NCBI RefSeq assembly: GCF_006345805.1
Contig: NC_043008.1
Location: forward strand, 71,920,001 to 71,984,000
Direction of reading: 5' to 3'
Length of the DNA stretch: 64,000 nt
DNA from: Octopus sinensis
Taxonomy: Eukaryota
This document shows, in pieces, positions 12,325 to 23,471 of the stretch (the first letter of the stretch is position 1; each line of letters starts with the position of its first letter). Both the position numbers and the translations under genes were made by a program. The notes beneath the pieces are model-generated. The model had not been told where the DNA came from. It searched no databases and saw only the letters and a program-made list of their open reading frames with translations.

Positions 12325-14297
12325 CATGCACACGCAACTTCCAACGTGTAGTTTCGGACAGTATATTCGGGATCAATTTAAACAGATCACGCACAGGATG
12401 TGTAGGTGGAAAAAAAAGTGCGTTCATTTGAATATGGATTACGTGACATCAGTATATAACTGGTTGGCTGTCTGCTGGTAATACAATACTTTGGCATCTC
12501 AGTGTCGACATATTAGAAGCCACTGGATATCAGTGTCTGCAGCAAATTACCTGTGTGGACGAAGAGTAGTGCATTGCAAATTGTTCTGCTTACACTGTCA
12601 GTTGTGTTCCTCGTATTTCGTGCAAGCAGATTAAATAACATGCATGTAATAGATTTGTTGACTGGATGGTAAAATGATAGTGCCGGCAAATCTGAAGCTG
12701 GATGTTTTGGTGAAAAGAGATGGCATCTGAGGTTGAGCAGGAATACTGAAGGCAGCTATAATCTAATATCAAAAATATCATGCCAAATCCTTACTCACAT
12801 CTGCCAATTAACATTTCGATGTTATCAATTTGTTTCGATGCACCGCAATGCAAAAGAACGGGCTGTGTCGATTTGTATCAATGCTGTTTTCTAGGGACGC
12901 TGATGACACCCTGATATATTTTTCATTCATATTTTAACCAATCTCATTGTATGTTTAAAAACTCAGATGCTACAGATATTTGCATTACAAAACAATATAA
13001 TGCCAGGTGCCAGTTGCAATGTTAGTACTACATTATACGAGTTATCAATTGCAAAATGTAAATTGCAAGTTATAACATTCAGACATCAGGATGCAACAAA
13101 CTCAGCTAAGGAAATTTGTAGATATTCATGTTCACATATTTTGACGTCTTCAACAAAACTACAACCATATTAATTGTACACAGTATTTCTTTCTTCACAA
13201 GTTATTTGTTTCTTGATTTCTATAAGGATGAGCTACTATTGTTACATTCATTCCTCCGGAGTAGCTTTGGCCGGGGAAACCCACATCCAGGTTGAATCAT
13301 TGCAGTGACGCAATGAATCACGTGTGTTCTGAACATAGGACGCCTAAACAGAGTAAACGTTCTCTGATGATGAAATACAAAAGCATCTAAATTATAATTA
13401 CCTTGTTTAGTTATTCGCTTCTGGTGTGCACCTGGAGAACTATTGAGAATGTTCTACAATTACAGCAGATTGCAACAAATGGTTATATACCTACATGAAA
13501 TAAGAGACTATTGCGAAATTTCTTCATCGGTGTCCACTAATCAGCATGGTAACCGAGGAAAGATACATTTACATTGTACTATTTAATTTGGTACGTAATC
13601 ACAAAGATGAAGACGGGTTGTGTGCAGCCAGAAAATCTTCCATCATAGGTAGTGGTCGATCAGGGTTGACGTGGGGCTAAACAGCAACAACGCAAACTAG
13701 AATGACAAGAATGACTGATAACAGCGACTAATATCTGTTGATGCTATCACCAGCTTTATATCTAAAAACAAAACAAAAAGAAAGTAAGAAACGGCCAGCA
13801 TCTAGGTCATTGTTGGAAAAGAACGTAACCTCGTAAATATATCCGAATAAATGAAGTGATCATTGCTAGTTATAACGAAACCTTATTCGGTGAATGACAT
13901 GGCACAGGATTTAATAGTTGACAAAAGAAGAAAAAAGCTGAAAGGAAACAAGCCGAAACCATTAGATTCTTCATAGTTCCAATTATGTTACCTTGTTCTT
14001 GTGACTGAAATATGTCATTAGTATCTCCCAAAACTGGATCCTTGTTCATGGTAAATGTCTATAATTGCTTTAGAATCGTTTAGGTAATGATTTATTGCAA
14101 CATGTCTATTAATTGTGTAAATTTCAGGGGAAGCCATAACGTTATCTAGGATTTTCTGTCTATCTTTCTGTCTCTCTTTCTCTCTTTACCTTACTTTTTC
14201 TCTCCTTTTTTTCCATCTCTTACTCTATAGCTTTCTCGTTCTGCTACCACTCAGTCTTTCTTTATGTGAATACATATAAACGCACACACACACACAA

Positions 14298-14335
<38 letters not shown>

Positions 14336-14486
14336 TAAATGCATCCGTAGGTATCTATGCTTGTATATTTCATCTTATGTAAATGTGCATCTACATATCT
14401 ACGAAGAACGATGAATCACGAGCGACCCCTCACGCTGTGTCATTTTACTGTGTAATATGTATGCGTGTGTATGCGTATGTATGTGC

Positions 14487-14529
<43 letters not shown>

Positions 14530-15877
14530 CTATATATATATATATATATATATAGATTAATTTATATATATATTAATTTATATATATATACATATACGCA
14601 CATTCACGCGTAGGCAGACGTGCTCATATCTCAAGTATATTTGCAGTGTATGTGTATGTTTGTATGTTTGGAAGTAATAAAGATTACTCTGTGACATAAT
14701 GAGAATCAATAATTTGTTATTCTTAACATTTTCTGAGTAGGTCTGTTTTGTCACCGTCATTAAATTCACACATAGTTTTGCGGGATGTTTGTTAAGTCTG
14801 TTTGATGTCATCAATCAGAATATATGATTGATCAGGAAACAAACTCCATCAATATGATTAGAAGCCCAAACAGGGAATTTCCTGTACAGCGAGCTATATA
14901 TTTAGATAGAAGCCACGTTGTCATCTACCGTGGTGACAGTTATTATCTTGCTAGTCAGACTCTGTTAGTTTATGCTATTATTCTCGGCGTCATAGCACTG
15001 AAGACTATGTTGTTTGATTTACTGTCGAACATATTCTATTATATATAGGTATGCTAACTACCTAATCTTCCAAAGGCTACCTAAAAGTTTGTTTTGTTGC
15101 TTTTAGGTGAAACAATATTTTCTACTTTTAAAGCGATGTCAGAATACGAAAACAACATTACAAGTAAGATATATAAGTTATTCGTTACTGAATTGAATTC
15201 ACTGTCGCCATCTTTTACCTGCAGTTTATTAATAGAAGGTGCATAGGTATTCGTCTATATGATGGTAATAAGTAGGAAGTTGTCATGTGAAAGTGAGTGT
15301 GATAGCGAGATTACTGTATTTGAGACCAACAGGGAGAGAACTCCATTCACGATGACATGTAAATGCTTTCCAGACTGGTAATGATATTATTGAGTGGATA
15401 CTGGGTTTTATATACTGTAAAAGTAATCTAAATGCCTCCCTATTCTCAACCAAAATCTTCACAAAGGATTTCGTTATACAGCTACACAAAATTACATACG
15501 CACACATAAAATGCATTCTTGTGTGCATGGAGACTGAAAGAGCACTTTCATTTACTTTCTTTCTTTTCTTTTCTCCTTTCTTTTTCTTATAATTAAATTA
15601 TTAAAGTCAGTATAGCATATATCTAGAACACAATCTGAAGAAATCTCATAAACAAACAGCATATGTATGTGTGTGTTTGTGTATGTGCCGTGTGTGTGTG
15701 TGTTTATATAAAGATATAGTTAAATGTATATATAATTGTTAAAGAGGACAGCAAGCGTTAAAGCAAAGCAAGCATCTGAATTCATATACCTCATTATTAT
15801 TGGAAAAGAAATTCAGTTTTACTGTTGTTCCTCGGATATCCCAGAGCATGATAAGTTCTGTCGTCGGATCCATAGAT

Positions 15878-16059
15878 GGAAAATGAGAAGGGTACAGATT
15901 AATGAAATGACGACATAGAGGACATGAGAGAAGGAATAAGGATATGAAGAAAGAGAAGAAAAAAGGAGCATAAAAGTTCTTCTCTTTCTTCATCTCCTTA
16001 TTCCTTCTCTCCTGTCCTCTATGTCGTCATTTCATTAATCTGTACGCTTCTCATTTTCC
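15878..16059. repeat. 83-bp near-perfect inverted repeat with a 16-nt loop
   Basis: Arm 15878-15960 versus the reverse complement of 15977-16059: 3 mismatches by manual comparison. Confidence 0.95.
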
Positions 16060-16230
16060 TTATTTGTCTCCGATGAAGGAACATTCCATACTCTGTAAGA
16101 CTGATTTTTTTCCCAATAATAATAATGTATATGACTGGAGATGTTTGCCTTGCCTTAACGGTTGTTGTCCTCTTTAACAATTATATATCCGCTATATCGG
16201 AAGTCTGTATATATATATATATATATATAT

Positions 16231-16385
16231 ACGACAGTTTCTTTCAGTTTTCGTGCTCCGAATCCACTCACAAGACTTTGGTTGGCCCGAGGTTATATAA
16301 AGAAACTCTAAGCTAACATGCAACGCAGTGGGACTGAACCTGGAAGAATTTGTTTGGGGAGAAAAATCCTTACCGCGCAGCCATT
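16231..16385 (-). mobile_element. SINE 5' fragment (family of 2391-2887)
   Basis: Reverse complement of the head: ...GCAGTGGGACTGAACCTGG...CCTTACCGCGCAGCC and CCACTCACAAGACTTTGGTTGGCCCGAGG. Confidence 0.7.
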
Positions 16386-17028
16386 TCAACGCGTATATAT
16401 ATGATATATACATATATATATGTGTGTGTGTGTGAATGTGTGTGTTTGTGTGTGTGTGATATTTTCGACATACTTATACACACACATGGATACGAAATAC
16501 ATGGAGATCACCAGCAGCTCAAAGTTTGACCCAGGGAATTTGTCCAGTAACACTGTTTTTGATTTCCGTAGTATTAATATATATCTAGCTCGTGATTGTT
16601 GTATTGTTTTTGTGCACATTGTGTGTTAAATGCAAAATGTTTTTTTTTTTCTTAGAATCGCTGGAGATTGTGGCCTGAATGATTTAATTTCTAAATAGCA
16701 CCAATGTTTTTCAGCGTTTTCTTATATTTGCACCACCCACGAAGGGTTACGACTGTCCTTTTGCCACCTCCATCGCGTTGACTTTTGCATCTTTTAAAGT
16801 TATAGTTATTGATGATTCTTAAATATTATATCAAAACATATATATGTATGTGGAATATCTTTTTTTGATATTTTTTTTTAGTTATTTTGTTGTTTGAAGC
16901 GGTTCCTTTTATACTCAAATCGGTAAATTTTTCATCTTTTAATCTCCATTACTTTTCCAGAAGCAACACAATTAAAACGAACCAATCTTCTCCATTTTCT
17001 CTTGTTGAATATTTTAATCATATAATAA

Positions 17029-17147
<119 letters not shown>

Positions 17148-17463
17148 CGTATATATATATATATACATATGTGTGTGTGTGTATAGGTGTAAAAAGTTTG
17201 AATGTAGATTCGTCCTTTAATTGGAGGTTTCCAAGAGAGACATCTAATGCTGATTCATCATATTTTGCTGGTAGTTTACAGGCCTAAAATTGCGAACATG
17301 AAAATAATAATTTGCGTTATTTTTATATCTCTGTACGAAACGATCGTCTGTATGAATTAAAACAAACTTGTCTGCTCCATTTTGAACTAAATTGATGAGT
17401 TTTATGTGATTTCTTTCCATAAATTGTCCACACGCACACGCGCGTACGCGTAAACACACACAA

Positions 17464-17498
<35 letters not shown>

Positions 17499-17499
17499 C

Positions 17500-17552
<53 letters not shown>

Positions 17553-17555
17553 ATA

Positions 17556-17649
<94 letters not shown>

Positions 17650-17687
17650 TATATGTATATATGTATATATATGTATGTATATATATG

Positions 17688-17720
17688 TTTCCGAAGAAGA
17701 GCTCCGCTCGAAACGTTAGA
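17688..17720 (+). ncRNA. Minimal type I hammerhead-like motif (U4C variant, weak helix I)
   Basis: CCGAAGA-A-GAGC-TCC-GCTC-GAAAC-GTT-AGA: core boxes, 4-bp helix II and palindromic ACGT helix III. Confidence 0.45.
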
Positions 17721-17922
17721 TCCTCCTTCTTCCCTTCTTTCCTGAGCGTCCAATAATACTTTATTTGTTCCACGTCCTCGTGTTGTTGTGTTTTTTTGGG
17801 TTTTTTTTTTGTGTTTTCTTGTTTGGATCAACTTTATATATGTATATGTATCTATGCATTTGTATTTCTTTTCTTTTCCCTTGTTTCAGTCATTTGAATC
17901 TACATTCAACCTTATACAACCT

Positions 17923-18560
17923 TGTATAAGGTTACCGATAAAGGTTATTTTAACATACCGAACTACTTATAAATTATTAATTAATTTTACCCTTGATTAT
18001 TATTGAAAATATAATTCACTCCCTGATAATAAAGTGCAGTTTTCTGCGGGATTCCTCGTAACACACGAGGGTGGTTGGGGAATGATGTGATTTCTCACTC
18101 GTCTGCATATATTCGGAAGTGCTGGTTTTTGGATACTAGTTATTCGATGTCGCTTTGTCGAATACGTATTTAATTATTAGTACGCTGAAATTTACAATTC
18201 AAATACTACACTGAAGAAGGAAATAAATAATTAAAAATAAAAAAAATTACATCTCTTTAATCCAGAAACGCCTATGTGGTTAATCAAATCCGGGTAGATT
18301 CGTTATTTTTAATCCTTACCTACGTAAAATAAGAGGATTGGTGTTTGGGAGATATCTTATAGTAGAGGAATAGTATTTAACTGCTATTTCTAAATTTCGG
18401 TATGTGATGATGTCATATGTTGAACCCAATTTGTAATTATGATTATAATTATAGAAGTTTTGTATAAGGTTGCCGGAAAAAGTTATTTTAACATACCGAA
18501 CTACTTGATAAAATTATTAATTATTAATTAATTAATTTTACCCTTTATTATTATTGAATA
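17923..18560. repeat. Two ~90-100 bp direct repeats (17923-18012 and 18461-18560), period 538 bp
   Basis: Both read TGTATAAGGTT.CCG.AAAA.GTTATTTTAACATACCGAACTACTT..TAAATTATTAATT...TTTTACCCTT.ATTATTATTGAA. Confidence 0.85.
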
Positions 18561-18649
18561 TATATATATATATATATGTATATGTATGTATGTATGCATG
18601 TATGTATGTATATATTTTGTCTGTGGATTTGGTTTCCAATATTCTTTAT

Positions 18650-19340
18650 GTGAGTTCGGGTGTTGAAGCATATTTTGTTGTGCATAACATTATTCTGGAG
18701 GAAATTCATGTTTATATTCATTAACAAATGCAGACAATTGTATCTCTTGCTATGTTTCTTGAAGTTAAATCACTAAAAGTTTTATTTTTAGCAGTTCAGA
18801 GCCAGACTATTACAAAGTTTTGCCTCCCATGGTCAAAACTTGTTCCGCATTTTCAAGCAGTGCTTCATAAAAAAAATTGTTTTAAAGATCTGGTTTCCTC
18901 TTGTGCCATTTATTGTTTTTCCAGGTGTAATACTTGGGTAATTGTAAAAGTACTTTTCTTGCATCTTCATCTACTTGACAAAACTTTAAAAAATGCAGTA
19001 AGAGTAGTTTCTATTGGAGAACGTGCTTGTTTGCAACAAGGCCGTTTGTTTTGTAAAGATATCCCTGAGGTCATTCTCTAGATAGAGACTCAGGTGAATA
19101 ATGGCTGGGTGCCCCTCATGAATGAGAAATTTGAAGATGTGTGAAAAAGCCTCATTGGTACTGATGTATCATCCTTTGTCATACTGTGCAGCGTCATCAT
19201 TTTTATTTATCTGCTGACTGCCATTCTGCATAAGAATGTATGTTGCAGCATCTAAACTTATGTTTATATATTTGCAAACATACTTGATAGAGTTAACAGA
19301 GTTGGAGAAGTTCTCACTGACAACCTTGAAAATTATAATG
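18650..19340 (-). mobile_element. Helitron RepHel coding fragment (between the Rep and helicase domains), decayed with an internal deletion
   Basis: Minus-strand translation gives NSVNSIKYVCKYINISLDAAT, YISTNEAFSHIFKFLIHEGHPAIIHLSLYLEND, ETTLTAFFK, LPKYYTWKNNKWHKRK and EALLENAEQVLTMGGKTL, all typical RepHel blocks. Confidence 0.8.
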
Positions 19341-20249
19341 GGGATTAGAAAGAAATAAGTTACGTAAATATCATATAGATACAGCATCAAACATCAGATG
19401 AAATGGACGCGCGAGCGTGCATGTGAGATCGAGAGAGAGAGAGGGAGAGTGAAGGCTCGTGTTGTATTTTGTACGTACATACATTAACATGCATACATCT
19501 TTTTTGTACGTATGTGTGCGTGTGTGTGAGTGAAAGCGAGAGCGTGCCACTTAGATATCATTCTCTTTCCCTCTCTATCTGTCTATCTCTCTGTCTCCCT
19601 CTCACATACACATACAAAAAAAGATGTATGCATATGTATTAATGTATGTACGTATACATGACAACATATCCCTTCCGTCTGTCTGTCTGTCTGTCTGCAT
19701 GTCTGTCTGTCTGCCTGTCTGTCTGTCTGCCTGTCTGTCTCTGTCTCTCTCTCTCACACATGCATAAATGTATACAAAGTACATACAAATACACATATGT
19801 GCGAGTGTGACTGACCATAAATACATAGAACTGAAATCGGCGCGCAACAATTAAATAATTAAAAACTTTTAACGTAAATTAATAATGTGAGCAGATTCAA
19901 GCGAAATTTGTGAACTTGGTAAATATTTCTGTCAGTAATATATAGTAGCGTTTGCAAATAGCGAATTAAAACTTAAAAGGAAAACATTAAAATATAGATG
20001 TGGGATTTCGCAAATGAAATTGACATTGAGAAACCTTTTGAAAGAAGCGAAATATATATATAAAGCAATATTATTTATTTCTAATAAAAAAAAATAATAA
20101 TGAATTGAAGAGCCTAATTGGTATTCGAGGTCAAATTATTCATGCATCCCATGTATGGAAGCAAATCCTGCAGGTGTTTTCACCTAAAAAGCGAACACAC
20201 ACACACACATACATCCACACACACATACAGAGGTGTATTTTGTATAGGA

Positions 20250-20290
<41 letters not shown>

Positions 20291-20301
<11 letters not shown>

Positions 20302-20430
20302 GCATCCTTTTTGTCTCGGGAGACAATGGAGTTGCGCATAAAGTAGTCTAGTCCAGCTTTTACAATCATGTCCTGATACATTTCCTGCTGTCGCTGTGTA
20401 GTCCTATCCTGGACAAACACTCCCTCTGGG
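20291..20430 (-). mobile_element. RTE LINE extreme 3' fragment
   Basis: The reverse complement closely matches 33115-33250 (…CGCAACTCCATTGTCTCCCGAGACAAAAAGGATGCCAACAACAACA). Confidence 0.85.
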
Positions 20431-20505
20431 AAACACACACACGCACATACATCCACACACACATACACAGGTGTATTTTTATAGGATATATGTATGTGTA
20501 TATAT

Positions 20506-20558
<53 letters not shown>

Positions 20559-20766
20559 GATAAATCTCAGAGCGAATTATAGACAGTAGCGGTAACGCAT
20601 CGTGACGCATATTTGCCATTTGAATATGGCTAACCCCTTAAGGGTGGATGCTACTGTAGTTTGTAGCCCCAGGAAGATGTCTCCTCCAGCTGGCTATAGC
20701 CACACTATATGTGTCCTCTCAGTATTTGGGAAGGGGAGTCATCCTCCCCGTCTTCAACTCATGATA

Positions 20767-20811
20767 CACACGGACCCGAGTTTCAAGGTGTTTACCAATC
20801 TTCAGCGTGTG
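20767..20811 (-). ncRNA. Type I hammerhead ribozyme motif, helix II damaged
   Basis: CACACG-CTGAAGA-TTGGT-AAAC-ACCTT-GAAAC-TCGG-GTC-CGTGTG: perfect 6-bp helix I and intact core, with two U.U mismatches at the base of helix II. Confidence 0.75.
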
Positions 20812-21121
20812 ACAATCATGGTTGTCGACGAGAAGTCAGCTCCCTTCACAAATACATATACTTTTTCCAGTGTCGATTGACACTGATATTGAAAAAGTGA
20901 AATCAAACAATGATAAATCTCAGAGCGAGTTATAAACAGTAGCGGTAACACATCGTGACGCATATTTGCCATTTGAATATGGCTAACCCCTTAAGGGTGG
21001 ATGCTACTGTAGTTTGCAGCCCCAGGAAGATATCTCCTCCAGCTGGCTATAGACACACTATCTGTGTCCTCTCAGTATTTGTGAAAGGGAGTCATCCTCC
21101 CCGTCTTCAACTCATGATTGT

Positions 21122-21166
21122 CACACACTGATGAAAGGTAAACACCTTGAAACTCGGGTCCGTGTG
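21122..21166 (+). ncRNA. Type I hammerhead ribozyme motif, GUC cleavage site predicted after 21160
   Basis: CACACA-CTGATGA-AAGGT-AAAC-ACCTT-GAAAC-TCGG-GTC-CGTGTG: intact core and perfect 5-bp helix II, with one A.C mismatch at the first pair of helix I. Confidence 0.8.
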
Positions 21167-21331
21167 TATCATGAGTTGAAGACGGGGAGGATGACTCCCC
21201 TACACAAATACTGAGAGGACACAGATAGTGTGTCTATAGCCAGCTGGAGGAGATATCTTCCTGGGGCTACAAACTACAGTAGCATCCACCCTTAAAGGGT
21301 TAGCCATATTCAAATGGCAAATATGCGTCAC

Positions 21332-21377
<46 letters not shown>

Positions 21378-21504
21378 TATATACATATTCACACACACAC
21401 CCACACACACATATATATATATATACACACATATATGCATGCATACATATATATATATATTCGCCTAATCAGTCTCGTATATATACATAAGTACATATAT
21501 GCAG

Positions 21505-21562
<58 letters not shown>

Positions 21563-21565
21563 ATA

Positions 21566-21645
<80 letters not shown>

Positions 21646-21671
21646 GGTTTGCATATATACGAGACTGATTA

Positions 21672-22150
21672 AGCGCAATCGTGTCTGTGTGGTAAGAAGG
21701 TTCCTTCCGAATCACATGTTTCCGGGTTCAGTCCCAATGTGTGGAATCTTGGGTGTCCCCTACTATAGCCACTTATGAACCAAAAACTTGTCAGTGGATT
21801 TGATAGACGGAAACTGAACGAAGCCCGTTGTGTATGTGTATATATACATATATATGGTATATGTGTGTATATATTTCGTATCTGTATATATATGTATGTG
21901 CGTGAAGCGAGGTGTATGCGTGTGGGAGAGGTGTATGTGTGTGTGTATGCCTTTGTGTCTGTGTTTGTCCCCCTCATTGCTTGTCAAACCGTGTTGGCGT
22001 GTTTACGTAACCAAGCGGTTCGGCAAAAGATGTCGATAGATTAAATACTAGGCTTCAAAAATACATCCTGGTGGTCAATTTGTTCGATTAAAATCCTTCA
22101 AAGTAGTGCTACAGTATGGCCGCAGTAGAATGATTCAAACAAGTAAAAAC
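21672..22150 (+). mobile_element. tRNA-derived SINE (family of 2391-2887)
   Basis: Head GTGTCTGTGTGGTAAGAAG...GGTTCAGTCCC, body GACGGAAACTGAACGAAGCCCG, tail AGAATGATTCAAACAAGTAAAA. Confidence 0.75.
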
Positions 22151-22160
22151 CACAAAAGAA

Positions 22161-22205
<45 letters not shown>

Positions 22206-22216
22206 AAATATATATA

Positions 22217-23471
22217 CGAGGGTTGTTCATTAAAGATTTCCGCCGACCCACATCGCACGGACTGGGATAAACGAATCTCGACATAGTTATAACCATCTCA
22301 AGTATCATTCTCTTCATAGTGTCCCACTTCTCCCATCGCTTTATGCAGCTGTGAAGACCTTGTTTTTAGATGTCGGTATGTTGCGTCTGGAGCCAAGAAT
22401 TTACCTCGAAAAATAATTCATCATCATCGAAAAGTGCTTCATGTTTGGAAAGAAGCGGAAGTCAGATAGTGTGAGGCCGGGAGATTAAGAAAAAGAATGA
22501 AGGTTTTCATAGACGTGGGGGTGGAGTGCCTTAATCTGGGGAACTTGCGCATTGAGAGGTGTTTTCTTGGAGGAGGCGAACTCCTTTGGTCAGTATGCCA
22601 CGCCTCTCTAATTGGATGGCCACCCGCGATTTCTGCAGCAGAGCATTATAATATATCCCGCTAATTGTGGTGACCTTTGCCAGAAAATCCATCGTCACCA
22701 CTCCACGCTGATACCAAATGACTGCGAGTATTAACTTGCCTGCCGAGGGTTGGACCTGAACCTACTTTGGAGGTGGTGACTTATCATGCTTCCATTGCTA
22801 ACACTGGACTTTAGTCTGAAGAACATAGTGATGGACCCACCCATGTTTCACCGTGTGTTACGTTTCCAGAAAATGTCCCCCTCGTTTTCTTGGCTCGTTA
22901 CCAAAATCGCCTGAGAGCAATTGACTCGTTCCTGCTTCTTAAAAGGTGTAAGCATCCGGGGAATCCATCGCGCAGACAGCTTCTGCTTGTGCAAAGCATC
23001 GTGAATAATTTTTTCCACGGACCCAACACTTATCTTCACTTCCTTGTGATGATCCTCCAATCCTCCAAAATGGCGGCTTCCACTTTATGGATGGTGTCAT
23101 CATCACTGGTGGAATGTTGTCTGTCGTCCAGAAATAGTAGCAGTTCCCACCGATTTTCGATCGCATTTGAACTGGCAATGCGAGTGCTTGACATCGTATG
23201 ATGGTGCATCTTAATAATCTTCATTTATCTCATCAAAAGTCTCCTTTGGTGTACGACCTTTCAAGTATAAAAACCTGATCACTGACCTGCATTCAACTGC
23301 CTCCATTTTAACACCTTAGTCCACATCAACATCCGTGAAAGACAAAAGAATATTAGTCGAAAGCTGCAATTTACAATGTGACAGGTAGAGACATGTATAA
23401 TACCTGTACAATTCCCGTTTCCTGCAATAACCGGATGTTGGTCAGGGGAAATCTTCAATGAAGACTTCTCA
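22217..23471 (-). mobile_element. Full-length mariner (DD34D-type) transposon, transposase pseudogenised
   Basis: Matching TIRs TA|CGAGGGTTGTTCATTAAAGATTTCC and GGAAATCTTCAATGAAGACTTCTCA|TA, length 1255 bp. Translation gives KLSARWIPRMLT (WVPxxL motif) and SPGLTLSDFRFFPNMK (SPDLAPSD motif). Confidence 0.9.

Larger units (their letters stand above)
20557..21331. mobile_element. Hammerhead-bearing repeat: 353-bp unit, partial second unit and inverted third copy (retrozyme or PLE pseudo-LTR architecture)
   Basis: Unit 1 is 20557-20909 and unit 2 restarts at 20910 (ATGATAAATCTCAGAGCG). Segment 21168-21331 is the reverse complement of 20955-21118 with 4 mismatches in 164 bp. HHR motifs lie at 20767-20811 (-) and 21122-21166 (+). 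Confidence 0.85.

Noticed and set aside
13360-13400. CTGATGA box as a hammerhead
   Set aside because: No downstream GAAA box or helix III.
18204-18280. CTGAAGA-A-GGA...TCC-A-GAAAC hammerhead-like spacing
   Set aside because: There is no NUH triplet (GCC follows), no convincing helix I, and only a 3-bp helix II around a long AT loop.
20557-21331. CRISPR-like or prokaryotic repeat array
   Set aside because: There is no short repeat-spacer periodicity anywhere in the window, and the context is eukaryotic.
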